Positions 9,201-17,627 of a stretch of 24,995 bases of DNA are shown piece after piece. Under the pieces are notes generated by a model. That model did no database searches and was not told where the DNA came from. It saw only the letters and a list, made by a program, of their open reading frames with translations. The DNA lies in the IMG/VR virus record IMGVR_UViG_3300030095_001341, positions 1 through 24,995 of that record, one strand, 5' to 3'. A program made the position numbers and the translations under genes. This stretch comes from a virus. Lineage: Duplodnaviria; Caudoviricetes. Every line of letters starts with the position of its first letter. Positions within the stretch are counted from its first letter, which is position 1.

Positions 9201-12200
9201 GTTCTGACTGAATAAACAGGGACAGGTCTACTATATCCAAATTCAGACAAAACTGTTTGATCTGAAACCAGTCCATATTGTAATGAAATAATTATTGGTG
9301 GCGAACTGTGTGAGGGATTTGCCCACTCTAGCCTTAGATCCTTGTTTGATCTACCTCCATCAGGAAATGAAACTACATTCTCTCCATCTTTGTGTCCCTG
9401 TCTGTGCCAAGCAAAAAACAGTTGTTGTATAGCTGTTTCGATATCTGGAAATTTTGAGTTATCAACAAGAGATTTTTCATGGCCTCGTTCTGTGATGTGA
9501 TACTTTCCAAAGCCACCTTGTCCATCACTGCCCTCACCATGTTTTCCAGCAAACAACAAAACTGGCACAGGTCTGTTGTTATCTTTTATAACACCGAATA
9601 GTGAATTATATTTTTCAAACCCCGGAAATTTTTTAGGAGCAGCGATTGTTGCAAAAGGATTTGACGGTGCTGTAGAAAACTTTTTAGTGGATCTTGGTAG
9701 GCTCTCAAGCATCTCCTGAGCCTTATTTAACTCAGCTAACTGATCTCCGTCTAATTCACCTATGGTGGCATCATCGTTTTCAACAAGCTGTACCGTCTCC
9801 GCTCTCTCCGTATCAAGAAATCTATTAGCTGAGTTTGGATTTAGAGCCGCGCCGTTTTGTGCGGTAATAGCTTCATCTATGTCTGAAAAGCGCTCGCCTT
9901 CGTTGTCGCCATTTTTATATGTGAACCTGCGCTTAGGGTTGTAATACATAAGAACAAGGTCTGGCTCTCCATTGTTAAAGAACTTGTACGAATCCTTATC
10001 CCAGCCAACTGGAGAATATTCATCGTTCCAAGGCACTCTTGCTCTGATTGTAAATCCGTTTGCACTGTAAGCCCCCGGAAGGAAGGTATCAAAAGCGTCC
10101 AGCTTGTTACCGCCCTCTTCAATAGCCAACCTCATTGCAGAATAATTAAATCCTGCATAAACTGGCTTTCTAAGAACATCACTTACAACAGTTCCCCTCC
10201 CCCTTTCCTGACCTTCTACATAGGGCGTTCTGGGTGTATTAAAAACAGATACAATGTCTGTAACGCCTTCAACGCCACCGTCTTTCAAGGCAAATCCAGC
10301 CCCACCATCCTCTGTTAAAAACAGCCTCATGTCTGCGTAACCAGTTTCATCAGAGGTTGTTTCTGTCGGATATACATAAACAGACGCTCCTAGCGGGCCT
10401 TGCAATCTTTTTGCAGCGTCTATTGCTTCTGCAAACTGCTGTGCAGATTTAACTGTTTGAGCAAGCTCATAAATAACAGGAACTTTTATACCTTGCTCAT
10501 TAAATAATCTGTTGGCAAATGGGAACGCTTTGTATTCTACAGCTACATCATATTCGCCCACTCTTCGGCTTGATCTCTGTCTACCCCATACTCGTCCATT
10601 ATCCCCTGCACCAATCCTGACGGCGATTGTCGCAGCTTTTGCTGGACTAACGCTGTATTTGAGGTTTGCGGAGGTATCGTTTTTAGCAGACTGTCTACTA
10701 ATCTGTTCATCTGCCCGTCCGGCACCTGAGTCAGGATAGACTCTGTTTCTGTCTGCTGAGGGGAGTGCTTCTGCAATTTCGTCATTAGTAAATCCTTCCT
10801 TCCTTGCGTATTCTACAGCTCCGTCAACATAGTCGTTGTCAGAGCCTCTTCCGGGTCTTGCCCCCATAGAGGCGAGAAGCCTCTTTTCGTGATACCACAT
10901 CAATGCCTGAAAGTCGGCATTGTTGATATCAGTGCCAGTTCTTTCTTTTAAAAGTTCCCTAGCACTTTCTGCGGCTCTCCTCATTATGGCTCTTTCCGTG
11001 CCATTTCTGGGGGTTGCCTGCTCAAATTTACCACTTAAATTTTTTGAATGTGTATGTGCTGCCTTAAAGAGTTTCGTCTTAATAGGCCTAAGATCTTTTT
11101 CATCTGCCCCGTATCTATTAAACTCTCTTTGGAACTTGGCGTTCAGCGCAACAGCAAATTGATCTACGTTCTGCCCCTCTATCGAATCCAGACCCTCATC
11201 AAGCATAGTCTCTTCAATAGTTCGTTGCTCGTATTCATTTAGATCACCCTCAAGGGCTTTTAGTATTCTCTTTCTGTTTTTGTCGTTAGTAGCATTAGTA
11301 GGCTCTTTGAATGGCTTTCCAATGATGCGATTCCACATACGCATCCACCACAAGTCCATTGTGAGTGGGTTGAAATTGCCAGTGAGATTCATATAAAAGC
11401 CATCGCCTATTTTTGGCCCAAGTATATAAGCTACACTAACCTCTGTGCTTACTGAGTCCTGACTAGGCACTGTCAGGCCAAACTCTTTAAATACAGGATC
11501 CTTCTTTAACTCACCCACTGTTGTTTTTTGGCTCAGGTAATTTTGTATTTCTGCATCTGTTTTGCCGGAGTCTTTTAAAGCGTTATAAAACTCAAATGCC
11601 TTTCGCATGGCATCTTGGCCTTGAGCGCCAAAACCTTTTACTGGGAATCTTCCCGTTTCCACCCAAGCCTTGTATTGCTCCGCCGCGTATTGAAAGTTAT
11701 CTGTTACCGCTACACCGTTAGATGTTACTGCCATAGCGAATGTGAATGCCGCCCTGTGATCTGGGTCAATACCAATGTCAGGAAACATCATTCGATTACC
11801 TGACTTTATAGTAGAGATCAGGTCAAACATTGTTACTATTTTATCTGCATACCATCCAATGGCACTCTTGTCGCCACGAAGTGAGGCCTCTGCCTCAGCC
11901 GCCATAATTAGAACAATTTTCCTAAAGTCCTCTTCTTTATTAGGATCTAAAACTACATTGCCTGATTCTTCCTGAAGTATTTTCAGGGCAACAGGAACAT
12001 CAATTAATACGACCTTACCCTTATTGTTAAAAATACGAGTGTCGATAAATTCGTTGTTTTCATCAATTCTGTGCAGCACGGAGGCTTGAGCCAATTTTTC
12101 GTCAATACCAACCTGTGACCTACCAACATTGCTCTTTACTCTTTCAGGTGTGGAGACAAAAGGTTCTATAGAACTTTTTGTGGTCGAATATTTGAACTGG

Positions 12201-15200
12201 CTCTTAGGGGAAAATACTGGGTTTCTAGCCATTACCAGTGGGCCGACTTGAACCACCTGCTCTGCGGCAATCACTGGCTGTGTTGTGGTGCGATCATAGA
12301 AGTAAGAGTGGCGCTCTGGATCAAACCCTACTTGCACCGCGTTTGGATCATTCATCATTTCTTGCGCTATGGCAAATGCCTCATCTGGTGTAGCTTGAAC
12401 AAAACTACCATCTATTGTGGCAAATGGCCCTTTTTGAGCGCCAGCGGCTATCCTTGCCGCAACTCTTTCGTTGGCACTGAACTGTGCGTCTGTGATGATT
12501 GCCGTGCTTTCATGTGCAATCGTGCGGTTGTCTTGACCATGTATTGTTGGAATCCAAACTCCCTGACGAGTGTACGCAGGGATATCAAGACGCAACTTAA
12601 CCCTTCTGCCATTTTCGATAAGATTGCCCTTGCCCAGCTTCTCCAGTTTTCTCTTATCTGAAGCCTCTAGTGCATTACGCATATCCTCCATATTTTCAGG
12701 GGCAGGCACAGTTTCATATGGGATAATTGGCTTAAACTCATTAACTAAGTCATCATATTGATCGTATGTAATTTCCCCCTCTAACAGCTTTTTCGCTGCG
12801 TCTGTTAATTTTGGTATTCTTTTTGTAACAGATCGGAAGTCTTGATTAATTCTTTCAATGTTGCCTAGGTCTGGGGCGATATAACCAGCCACTATTCCTG
12901 CTGTAGAATACTTGGCATTACTACTTGGAGCGGTGAACGGCCTTCTTTGCCTGCCGCCCACCTGCTTTGATTTGTCATCCGATTTTATGTTGTCGAAGAT
13001 AGAGGCTGCGGAGTTGAAGCCCTCCTCATCATGCGCCTGACCAATAGCCTTGAAGAACCTCATAATTCTGTCGAATAGAGTTTTTGGCTTTCCAACAACC
13101 TTCAAGCGTCCATCTGCGTATGAGCGGAACATTTCAGATATGGCTTCTTCATCAACAAGATCCTGATATTCTTTTTCAGACATATTTGGATCTTTTGGAT
13201 TAAGTTTTATCGCCCGGTCATGGTATGTGTATGCTCTTTTTACAGTTTCTCCACCCTTAATGGCGACATACTTTGTGTTTTGTGCAGCCTTTACCAAGGT
13301 TTTGTATTCTGCGTCAGTAAATAGACCTAAATCACGCAAGGCGTGAATTATCTCGTGATCCAGAACGCTTCTAAGAGAGTTGAAGAACTCCGCATCTGTC
13401 ATCGTTGGGTCATATATTGACATAGCCAAAGAGATAGACTTCTTTGTTGGATCATAAACACCCTCGATATTAGGGTCTTTTAATCCAGCATCTCTCTCTA
13501 TGTAGTCGGCAATATCAAGAGAAACGTCAGACAGCCCAAGACTCTTCAGGTAGCGCCTCAGCTTTGCCGCTATGGCTTTTCTTTTACGATTATACTCATC
13601 CCTATATTGAGCGGCTTCTGCCTCTCTAGCGGCCTTACTCGCTGTCTCAGCTTCTTCTCTTTCTGTTTTAGCTTTTTCTACTGCCTCTTGCTCTTTTAAC
13701 CTAGCGTCAGCGGCATCTATTTCCGCTTCTGCCTCAGCAAGCAATCTTTTAGGCTCCGCAGCGTTAGCTTCTATTTCGTCTATTTGACTGTTTAGATTCT
13801 TGGCAGCTACCACATTGCCCTGCTCAAGGGCTTTGTCGCGAGCCTCAATGGCGGCCTTTTTAGGGGCTTCAATTTGTTCTATGGAACTTCTTGCTTTGTC
13901 CCTTTGCTGCTTTTGCCTGTACAAAGGATCAAGAGTTGGATCTGTTGATAGCTTATATCTTCCCCTGCCAGTGTGCTTAACAACACCGTCATTCTCTAGG
14001 TCTCTTAATATTTCATCTATTATTTCAGTAGAGTCTGTCTTTGCCGCTCGTTTAAGCTGGCCTTTATTAACCTTGCCACGCTTATCAAGTTCAGCCTTAA
14101 CAAGGTCTTTTTGTTTTACTGTAAAGATAGGTGACTTTGGTTTTGGAGCTATACTAGGACGTTGGATGCGATCAAATTGTGCGGCGGCATCTTCTCCAAA
14201 CACCTTAACTATTTCTTCTCTGGAAACATCGGCATCAGGCTTGATGCTTGTTCCCTCACGAGAGGCGAGAACTGCATTACGCTGTGTCTCTTCTAAAGAT
14301 AATATAGGAATAGGAGAAAAGGGACGTTTAGCTTCTTTTGCTGCCTCTGCTAAGGCCAGAGTTTTTTGTTCTTTGGTGAGATTTGTGTCAGTGACCTCGG
14401 CTGTGGGCTGTGTCTCTTCAGGTGTGGCTTGAGCTTCTTCTGGCTCTGGCGGCATACGAATATCAAAACCAACCTTACCAGCTACAATTCTTTCTCCAGC
14501 CCTTTGCCCCTCCTCAATAGAATCTTCATCTAGTTGACGTTGAGCCTCAGCCGCCTCTTTCTTTCTTACATCCCCACCTAAAACGCCAGTGCCGCCTCTT
14601 ACAGTTCCACCAACTATTCCAGCGGCTACAGCAACCTCAACATATTCATCTATAGCATCTTGACTGGTTATACTTTTACCAGCTTGCAATCTTTCAAGAA
14701 GCTGTTGACCAACCTCTGTTGGGACTTCTGCAAGAGAACCAGCCCCAATACCTTTTGCGGCACGACTAAATATACCCCCCATTTTAAGCGCTCTAGGATT
14801 TACAATTCTTCCTATCAGGAATCTGTCAGCGATAAAGTCAAGCGTTGCTTGGGGTATGGCTGTAAGGGCGGCAACGCCCTCATCGACCTGTATCGGACGA
14901 CCAGCTTCTAGGTCTGCTTCTTTCTGAGCTTCTCGATTTCCTCCATAAAAGAAGGGAATATTTGCTGCCAGACCACCGACAACTGTGCCAACCGCAGTTC
15001 CTAAAACCGTGCCGACTCCGGGAACAACGCTACCAACAACAGCACCTGCCTTGCCACCAGCAGCACCGCCAAGTATGGTTGACCCAAACTGAGGGACTTG
15101 CTCGCCAAGTGTTTCTTTGAAAAATTGGAACCCAGTGCCGATGTCTTTTACATCATCAAGTCTGGTGGCTTTTGCTCCAGATTCCTGAAGCTGTTGTTTA

Positions 15201-15505
15201 TTTGTTTCTATAATGCCAGAGCCGATGTCTTTTAACGCGGCTATGCCAGTAGTTTCTCCAACACCCTCAAGAGCGGAGCCATACATCATCTGTAGTGTGT
15301 CGATACCTGTGCCGACAGCACCAAAGAAGCCACGCTCTTCGTCTGCGTCTGTGCCTATTAATGGAGATTCATCGCCAACAAAGATATCGCCTTGCCCAGA
15401 TATATACTGAGCGGCGTACTGCTTTTCATACTCTGTGGGCTGATCGCCTTGAATGCTAAAGCCGTAAGTTCTTCCAGACTGACCTTTTGGGTAATATTCA
15501 CCCAT
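6209..15505 (-). CDS. Large polyvalent internal virion protein (HExxH metallopeptidase, glycosylase-like, GNAT-like and PBECR-like modules, C-terminal LPD38-like region)
   Basis: Uninterrupted 3098-aa ORF ending the late operon. Motifs: HEIIH + EEAISEMF; WY..AVTS..GPK..F..NLTG..TMDLW; GGNKLDAFD..Y...GF; GFGKYHI...H; C-terminal LFYNASLQG, TIPLPYG, ENFAGKPIY. Confidence 0.85.
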   Translation of the reverse strand: MGEYYPKGQSGRTYGFSIQGDQPTEYEKQYAAQYISGQGDIFVGDESPLIGTDADEERGFFGAVGTGIDTLQMMYGSALEGVGETTGIAALKDIGSGIIETNKQQLQESGAKATRLDDVKDIGTGFQFFKETLGEQVPQFGSTILGGAAGGKAGAVVGSVVPGVGTVLGTAVGTVVGGLAANIPFFYGGNREAQKEADLEAGRPIQVDEGVAALTAIPQATLDFIADRFLIGRIVNPRALKMGGIFSRAAKGIGAGSLAEVPTEVGQQLLERLQAGKSITSQDAIDEYVEVAVAAGIVGGTVRGGTGVLGGDVRKKEAAEAQRQLDEDSIEEGQRAGERIVAGKVGFDIRMPPEPEEAQATPEETQPTAEVTDTNLTKEQKTLALAEAAKEAKRPFSPIPILSLEETQRNAVLASREGTSIKPDADVSREEIVKVFGEDAAAQFDRIQRPSIAPKPKSPIFTVKQKDLVKAELDKRGKVNKGQLKRAAKTDSTEIIDEILRDLENDGVVKHTGRGRYKLSTDPTLDPLYRQKQQRDKARSSIEQIEAPKKAAIEARDKALEQGNVVAAKNLNSQIDEIEANAAEPKRLLAEAEAEIDAADARLKEQEAVEKAKTEREEAETASKAAREAEAAQYRDEYNRKRKAIAAKLRRYLKSLGLSDVSLDIADYIERDAGLKDPNIEGVYDPTKKSISLAMSIYDPTMTDAEFFNSLRSVLDHEIIHALRDLGLFTDAEYKTLVKAAQNTKYVAIKGGETVKRAYTYHDRAIKLNPKDPNMSEKEYQDLVDEEAISEMFRSYADGRLKVVGKPKTLFDRIMRFFKAIGQAHDEEGFNSAASIFDNIKSDDKSKQVGGRQRRPFTAPSSNAKYSTAGIVAGYIAPDLGNIERINQDFRSVTKRIPKLTDAAKKLLEGEITYDQYDDLVNEFKPIIPYETVPAPENMEDMRNALEASDKRKLEKLGKGNLIENGRRVKLRLDIPAYTRQGVWIPTIHGQDNRTIAHESTAIITDAQFSANERVAARIAAGAQKGPFATIDGSFVQATPDEAFAIAQEMMNDPNAVQVGFDPERHSYFYDRTTTQPVIAAEQVVQVGPLVMARNPVFSPKSQFKYSTTKSSIEPFVSTPERVKSNVGRSQVGIDEKLAQASVLHRIDENNEFIDTRIFNNKGKVVLIDVPVALKILQEESGNVVLDPNKEEDFRKIVLIMAAEAEASLRGDKSAIGWYADKIVTMFDLISTIKSGNRMMFPDIGIDPDHRAAFTFAMAVTSNGVAVTDNFQYAAEQYKAWVETGRFPVKGFGAQGQDAMRKAFEFYNALKDSGKTDAEIQNYLSQKTTVGELKKDPVFKEFGLTVPSQDSVSTEVSVAYILGPKIGDGFYMNLTGNFNPLTMDLWWMRMWNRIIGKPFKEPTNATNDKNRKRILKALEGDLNEYEQRTIEETMLDEGLDSIEGQNVDQFAVALNAKFQREFNRYGADEKDLRPIKTKLFKAAHTHSKNLSGKFEQATPRNGTERAIMRRAAESARELLKERTGTDINNADFQALMWYHEKRLLASMGARPGRGSDNDYVDGAVEYARKEGFTNDEIAEALPSADRNRVYPDSGAGRADEQISRQSAKNDTSANLKYSVSPAKAATIAVRIGAGDNGRVWGRQRSSRRVGEYDVAVEYKAFPFANRLFNEQGIKVPVIYELAQTVKSAQQFAEAIDAAKRLQGPLGASVYVYPTETTSDETGYADMRLFLTEDGGAGFALKDGGVEGVTDIVSVFNTPRTPYVEGQERGRGTVVSDVLRKPVYAGFNYSAMRLAIEEGGNKLDAFDTFLPGAYSANGFTIRARVPWNDEYSPVGWDKDSYKFFNNGEPDLVLMYYNPKRRFTYKNGDNEGERFSDIDEAITAQNGAALNPNSANRFLDTERAETVQLVENDDATIGELDGDQLAELNKAQEMLESLPRSTKKFSTAPSNPFATIAAPKKFPGFEKYNSLFGVIKDNNRPVPVLLFAGKHGEGSDGQGGFGKYHITERGHEKSLVDNSKFPDIETAIQQLFFAWHRQGHKDGENVVSFPDGGRSNKDLRLEWANPSHSSPPIIISLQYGLVSDQTVLSEFGYSRPVPVYSVRTAFPDSKAIKERQRKRSVSFSPVAADSTPMRVADQNNFITYSASYNTIAKILSLGGFNPLLSRDKANKVSEDFLIKFQDAFLPVAKMIDDLKSKGLSIADGMDTYLQETLFHGRIGDQLNTRQKEVYEPLVNTVKALNITDDSLESLKSQSDYVRKAIEDTDSTKMAVIDAYLYALHAKERNAYIASINNDLEFGSGMDNAEADRIIAWVENLDVQNRSIVKNAQEKVSAIIADTNRVRVSSGLTPDFDSPEPLLLENGENTPPPRYKNYVPLRGIFDADGEAQEDGYYTGGAGTKGYSVRGREDQRHLGRYDYATNILAAVFLQNQNAVIRSERNKVGISFLELLESDPQLTSQYATIERKAPLTRGLVNGSVRTIVDRNAVNDPHILTVKRGGEHVYVRFRDRRLAEALKGSVGGSIQNAGGLTKAMGTLNRYLSNINTSYNPEFLITNLVRDLQTVGVNISQFDEKGIVREVMGGLVEAAKSIKHVVIDEKNVTDDPNISAADLTGAALFRRFQKAGGQNATNQISDLNDQVANIKRLADGISDQGFKGKWNNVKNSFVGEKIGSLFSLLENSNTVVENAVRVSTFKALVRRGMSEERAAFAARNVSVDFAKGGQYKPLMNGWYLFYNASLQGTFALLNAATRSPTVRKLWVGLMVSGLLQDQIMAAMSDEDEDGQLVYDKIPDHVLEHNWIIPDFFGVTGRSYMTIPLPYGLNMATNIGRSLSRAARGGYTPTEAGESMLGTLHEVLNPLGATEKFSTSALPTILDPFIDIFTNENFAGKPIYKETSPFDPTPPPDSQLYWSTTSPSAKWIAQNINTLTGGSSVEKGIVDLSPDVIEFWTNFVTGGAGNFVKLSTDLGTVTLPKALEDGFDEKMVRQIPFFRKVFYSASEREDLALFINNRDKVLQAREVLQDAFERGDTQLIDRTRLKYADELRIAGIIKSINNGRNRLLRKMAQIKDNPRIPDEQKEKIIERLSEQVEALVKRANIAAKDL

Positions 15506-15515
15506 GTCTCACCCC

Positions 15516-17627
15516 CTAAGAAGCTGCTTGTTGAGGGATTTTTACAAGGCCAAACCCGGCTCCACCAACTATACTGTCCACTATAGATTTGGCTCTAGCT
15601 CTTTCTGTGGGTGTGGCTAGGGGGTCTTTCATTATCTCTATTTGAGAATCGAGTATATCTTTTTGCTCTATCGCTGGCTTTTTGGCTTTTTGTAACTTAG
15701 ACCTAGCATTGATCAAATCAATAACACCCTCTTGATAGCGAGACTCCGCCTCTTTCATAGCCCCAAGCCCAGAAAGGCCAGCCTCTCCCAAAGCACCTAG
15801 CAAGGTGGGTTCTTTAGATGACATAAGGGCAAGGCCAGCCTGAGCAAGTGACAGCCACTTGTCTTGGTCTCTGCTTTTCTTCATGTCCTCTTGTAGTTTC
15901 AATATTTCCCCCTCTAAAGTTAGGGGGGTTCCTGATGGGTCGCCTGAAGGAGTTTCCTTATCTTTGCTAGTTACAGCAGAATCATCCCCCCTAGGCACAC
16001 TTGTTGTTAAATTATCAGAGACAGGCGGTGAGGCATCTCTTTGAGCCATAGCTTCGATTTCTTCAGGAGAAGGGCCGCCACCAGCTATCATGGCTTGTTC
16101 CCGCTTTATTCTTGCAGCTTCTGGCTGATTAGCAAATAAACGTGGATCTTCAGGTAAAGCTGTTAAGTCACCCGGAGGAAGATCTGCGCCTATTGTTTCG
16201 ATTCCTGCCTCTTTTTTCTTAGTAATTTCACCAAGTCTCTTCATCCTCTCAAGGGCAGTCAATGCAGGAGAGCTTCTGCCAGAATCAACCTCTGGATCAT
16301 CCTCCAGCATCAGTTGAGTGTTCCCAGTTGGGGTGAGTGTTGATGCTGCGGCTTCACTTATAGGATTAATAGCAGAAAGAGCTTTTGATAACATACTTGG
16401 CGAGTCGTCATCTAAAGACTCTGCTAATATAGCGCCTACCTCTGTAGGATCATCAGTGCCAGCGGCTCTGATTGCTCTGTCTATTTGTGCTTGACTGTAT
16501 GGCTGTTGCCCCTGCTCAAATCCAACTATGGCAGGAATAATATCGGAGCCTCTGTCAGCAAGATTAATTTCAGCATCAGGGTCTATGCCTGTTTTATCTG
16601 CAAGAAAATCTATGTAGTTGCCAGTTGGATTGTTGTCTGATGGCGGTGCATATCTGTTGGCAAGCCCTCTGAGGGTGTTGACCCCATACTTATCTCCATA
16701 GGTCATCAGCAGTCGCTGTATTGCTCTCAAACCCTCGTCATCTGAACCAAATGTGGCATAGCCGCCATCATCGCCAGACTCACCTATAAAGCCAGCGCCG
16801 GGTCTTATGTTGCCGGGATTTCTTTGACGTAGACCTAGAGGCATTCCGTTCTGGGCCTTTATTACACCTCCATACGACATCGAACTCGCCATACGCTTTT
16901 GTATCTTGGGCAATTTGGGCTTTGTTTTTTCAATTTCCCTGTCCAACGAATCCATTGCATAATCAAAATGTTCATCAAGGGTCATGCCCTCAGTTTCAGC
17001 TTGCTCCCGCATAAATTGTTCATATTCCTCATCGGTCATGTTTCCTTCTGAATGACGTATAGTTATTCGTCCACCATTAGAAAAGCCTAATGCGTCTTTG
17101 ATGGACTCTACAATGCTACCCTTTTGACCAAAGCCTATCTGACTAGCAAGGGAATCTCCGTCACCATCTCTATCTTGTTTTGTGCCTAGAAATGTATTTC
17201 CCTGAAACAGACCTATCTTGCCGTTCTTCATGCGTCTTTCTTCTATTCTTTGCCCTGTAGAGCCGCCAGAAGCCATAGCCATAATCCCATCCTGTGGCAT
17301 TGGTGTTGGCTGAGGCATTTGTGATTTCATCGGCCGAGACATAACAGAGCCTATGCCGCCTTCTGCCATAGCAGCTTTTGGTGCCATAGCTTCAGACATA
17401 CCCATGATTCCTTGTGCAGGCACACCAGCAGAAGCCACAGCTTCTTGAGCAACAGTTGGTTCATCTGCTGCTTTACGCATATTGAAATTGTCGCGCATAC
17501 GTTTGCGGCGTGTGATCTCACTTAAAACCAAAAACTGAGGCGCATTGCCTGAAGGCCTCTGCATTTCATTAATAAGTTGATTTTCAGAGAAGTTCTTTAG
17601 GTTGTCCTGAATGTCTATAATATTCAT
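15516..17627 (-). CDS. Putative ejected internal virion protein with lysozyme-like (peptidoglycan hydrolase) domain
   Basis: 703 aa with a central RQRNPGNIR...F.S...G.RA...L..Y...RYAPP.DN..T..Y...FEQG domain (~16470-16850). Position between the pilot-like gene and the giant protein. Confidence 0.7.
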   Translation of the reverse strand: MNIIDIQDNLKNFSENQLINEMQRPSGNAPQFLVLSEITRRKRMRDNFNMRKAADEPTVAQEAVASAGVPAQGIMGMSEAMAPKAAMAEGGIGSVMSRPMKSQMPQPTPMPQDGIMAMASGGSTGQRIEERRMKNGKIGLFQGNTFLGTKQDRDGDGDSLASQIGFGQKGSIVESIKDALGFSNGGRITIRHSEGNMTDEEYEQFMREQAETEGMTLDEHFDYAMDSLDREIEKTKPKLPKIQKRMASSMSYGGVIKAQNGMPLGLRQRNPGNIRPGAGFIGESGDDGGYATFGSDDEGLRAIQRLLMTYGDKYGVNTLRGLANRYAPPSDNNPTGNYIDFLADKTGIDPDAEINLADRGSDIIPAIVGFEQGQQPYSQAQIDRAIRAAGTDDPTEVGAILAESLDDDSPSMLSKALSAINPISEAAASTLTPTGNTQLMLEDDPEVDSGRSSPALTALERMKRLGEITKKKEAGIETIGADLPPGDLTALPEDPRLFANQPEAARIKREQAMIAGGGPSPEEIEAMAQRDASPPVSDNLTTSVPRGDDSAVTSKDKETPSGDPSGTPLTLEGEILKLQEDMKKSRDQDKWLSLAQAGLALMSSKEPTLLGALGEAGLSGLGAMKEAESRYQEGVIDLINARSKLQKAKKPAIEQKDILDSQIEIMKDPLATPTERARAKSIVDSIVGGAGFGLVKIPQQAAS

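Noticed and set aside
11693-11708. AAAGTTATCTGTTACC, near-match to the recurrent palindrome inside the giant gene
   Set aside because: The right arm is not complementary and it lies in coding sequence. Likely chance.
13800-14432. 210-aa plus-strand ORF and other plus-strand ORFs from 6840 to 24525
   Set aside because: Antisense to long, motif-bearing minus-strand genes. Ser/Leu-rich composition is typical of shadow frames.
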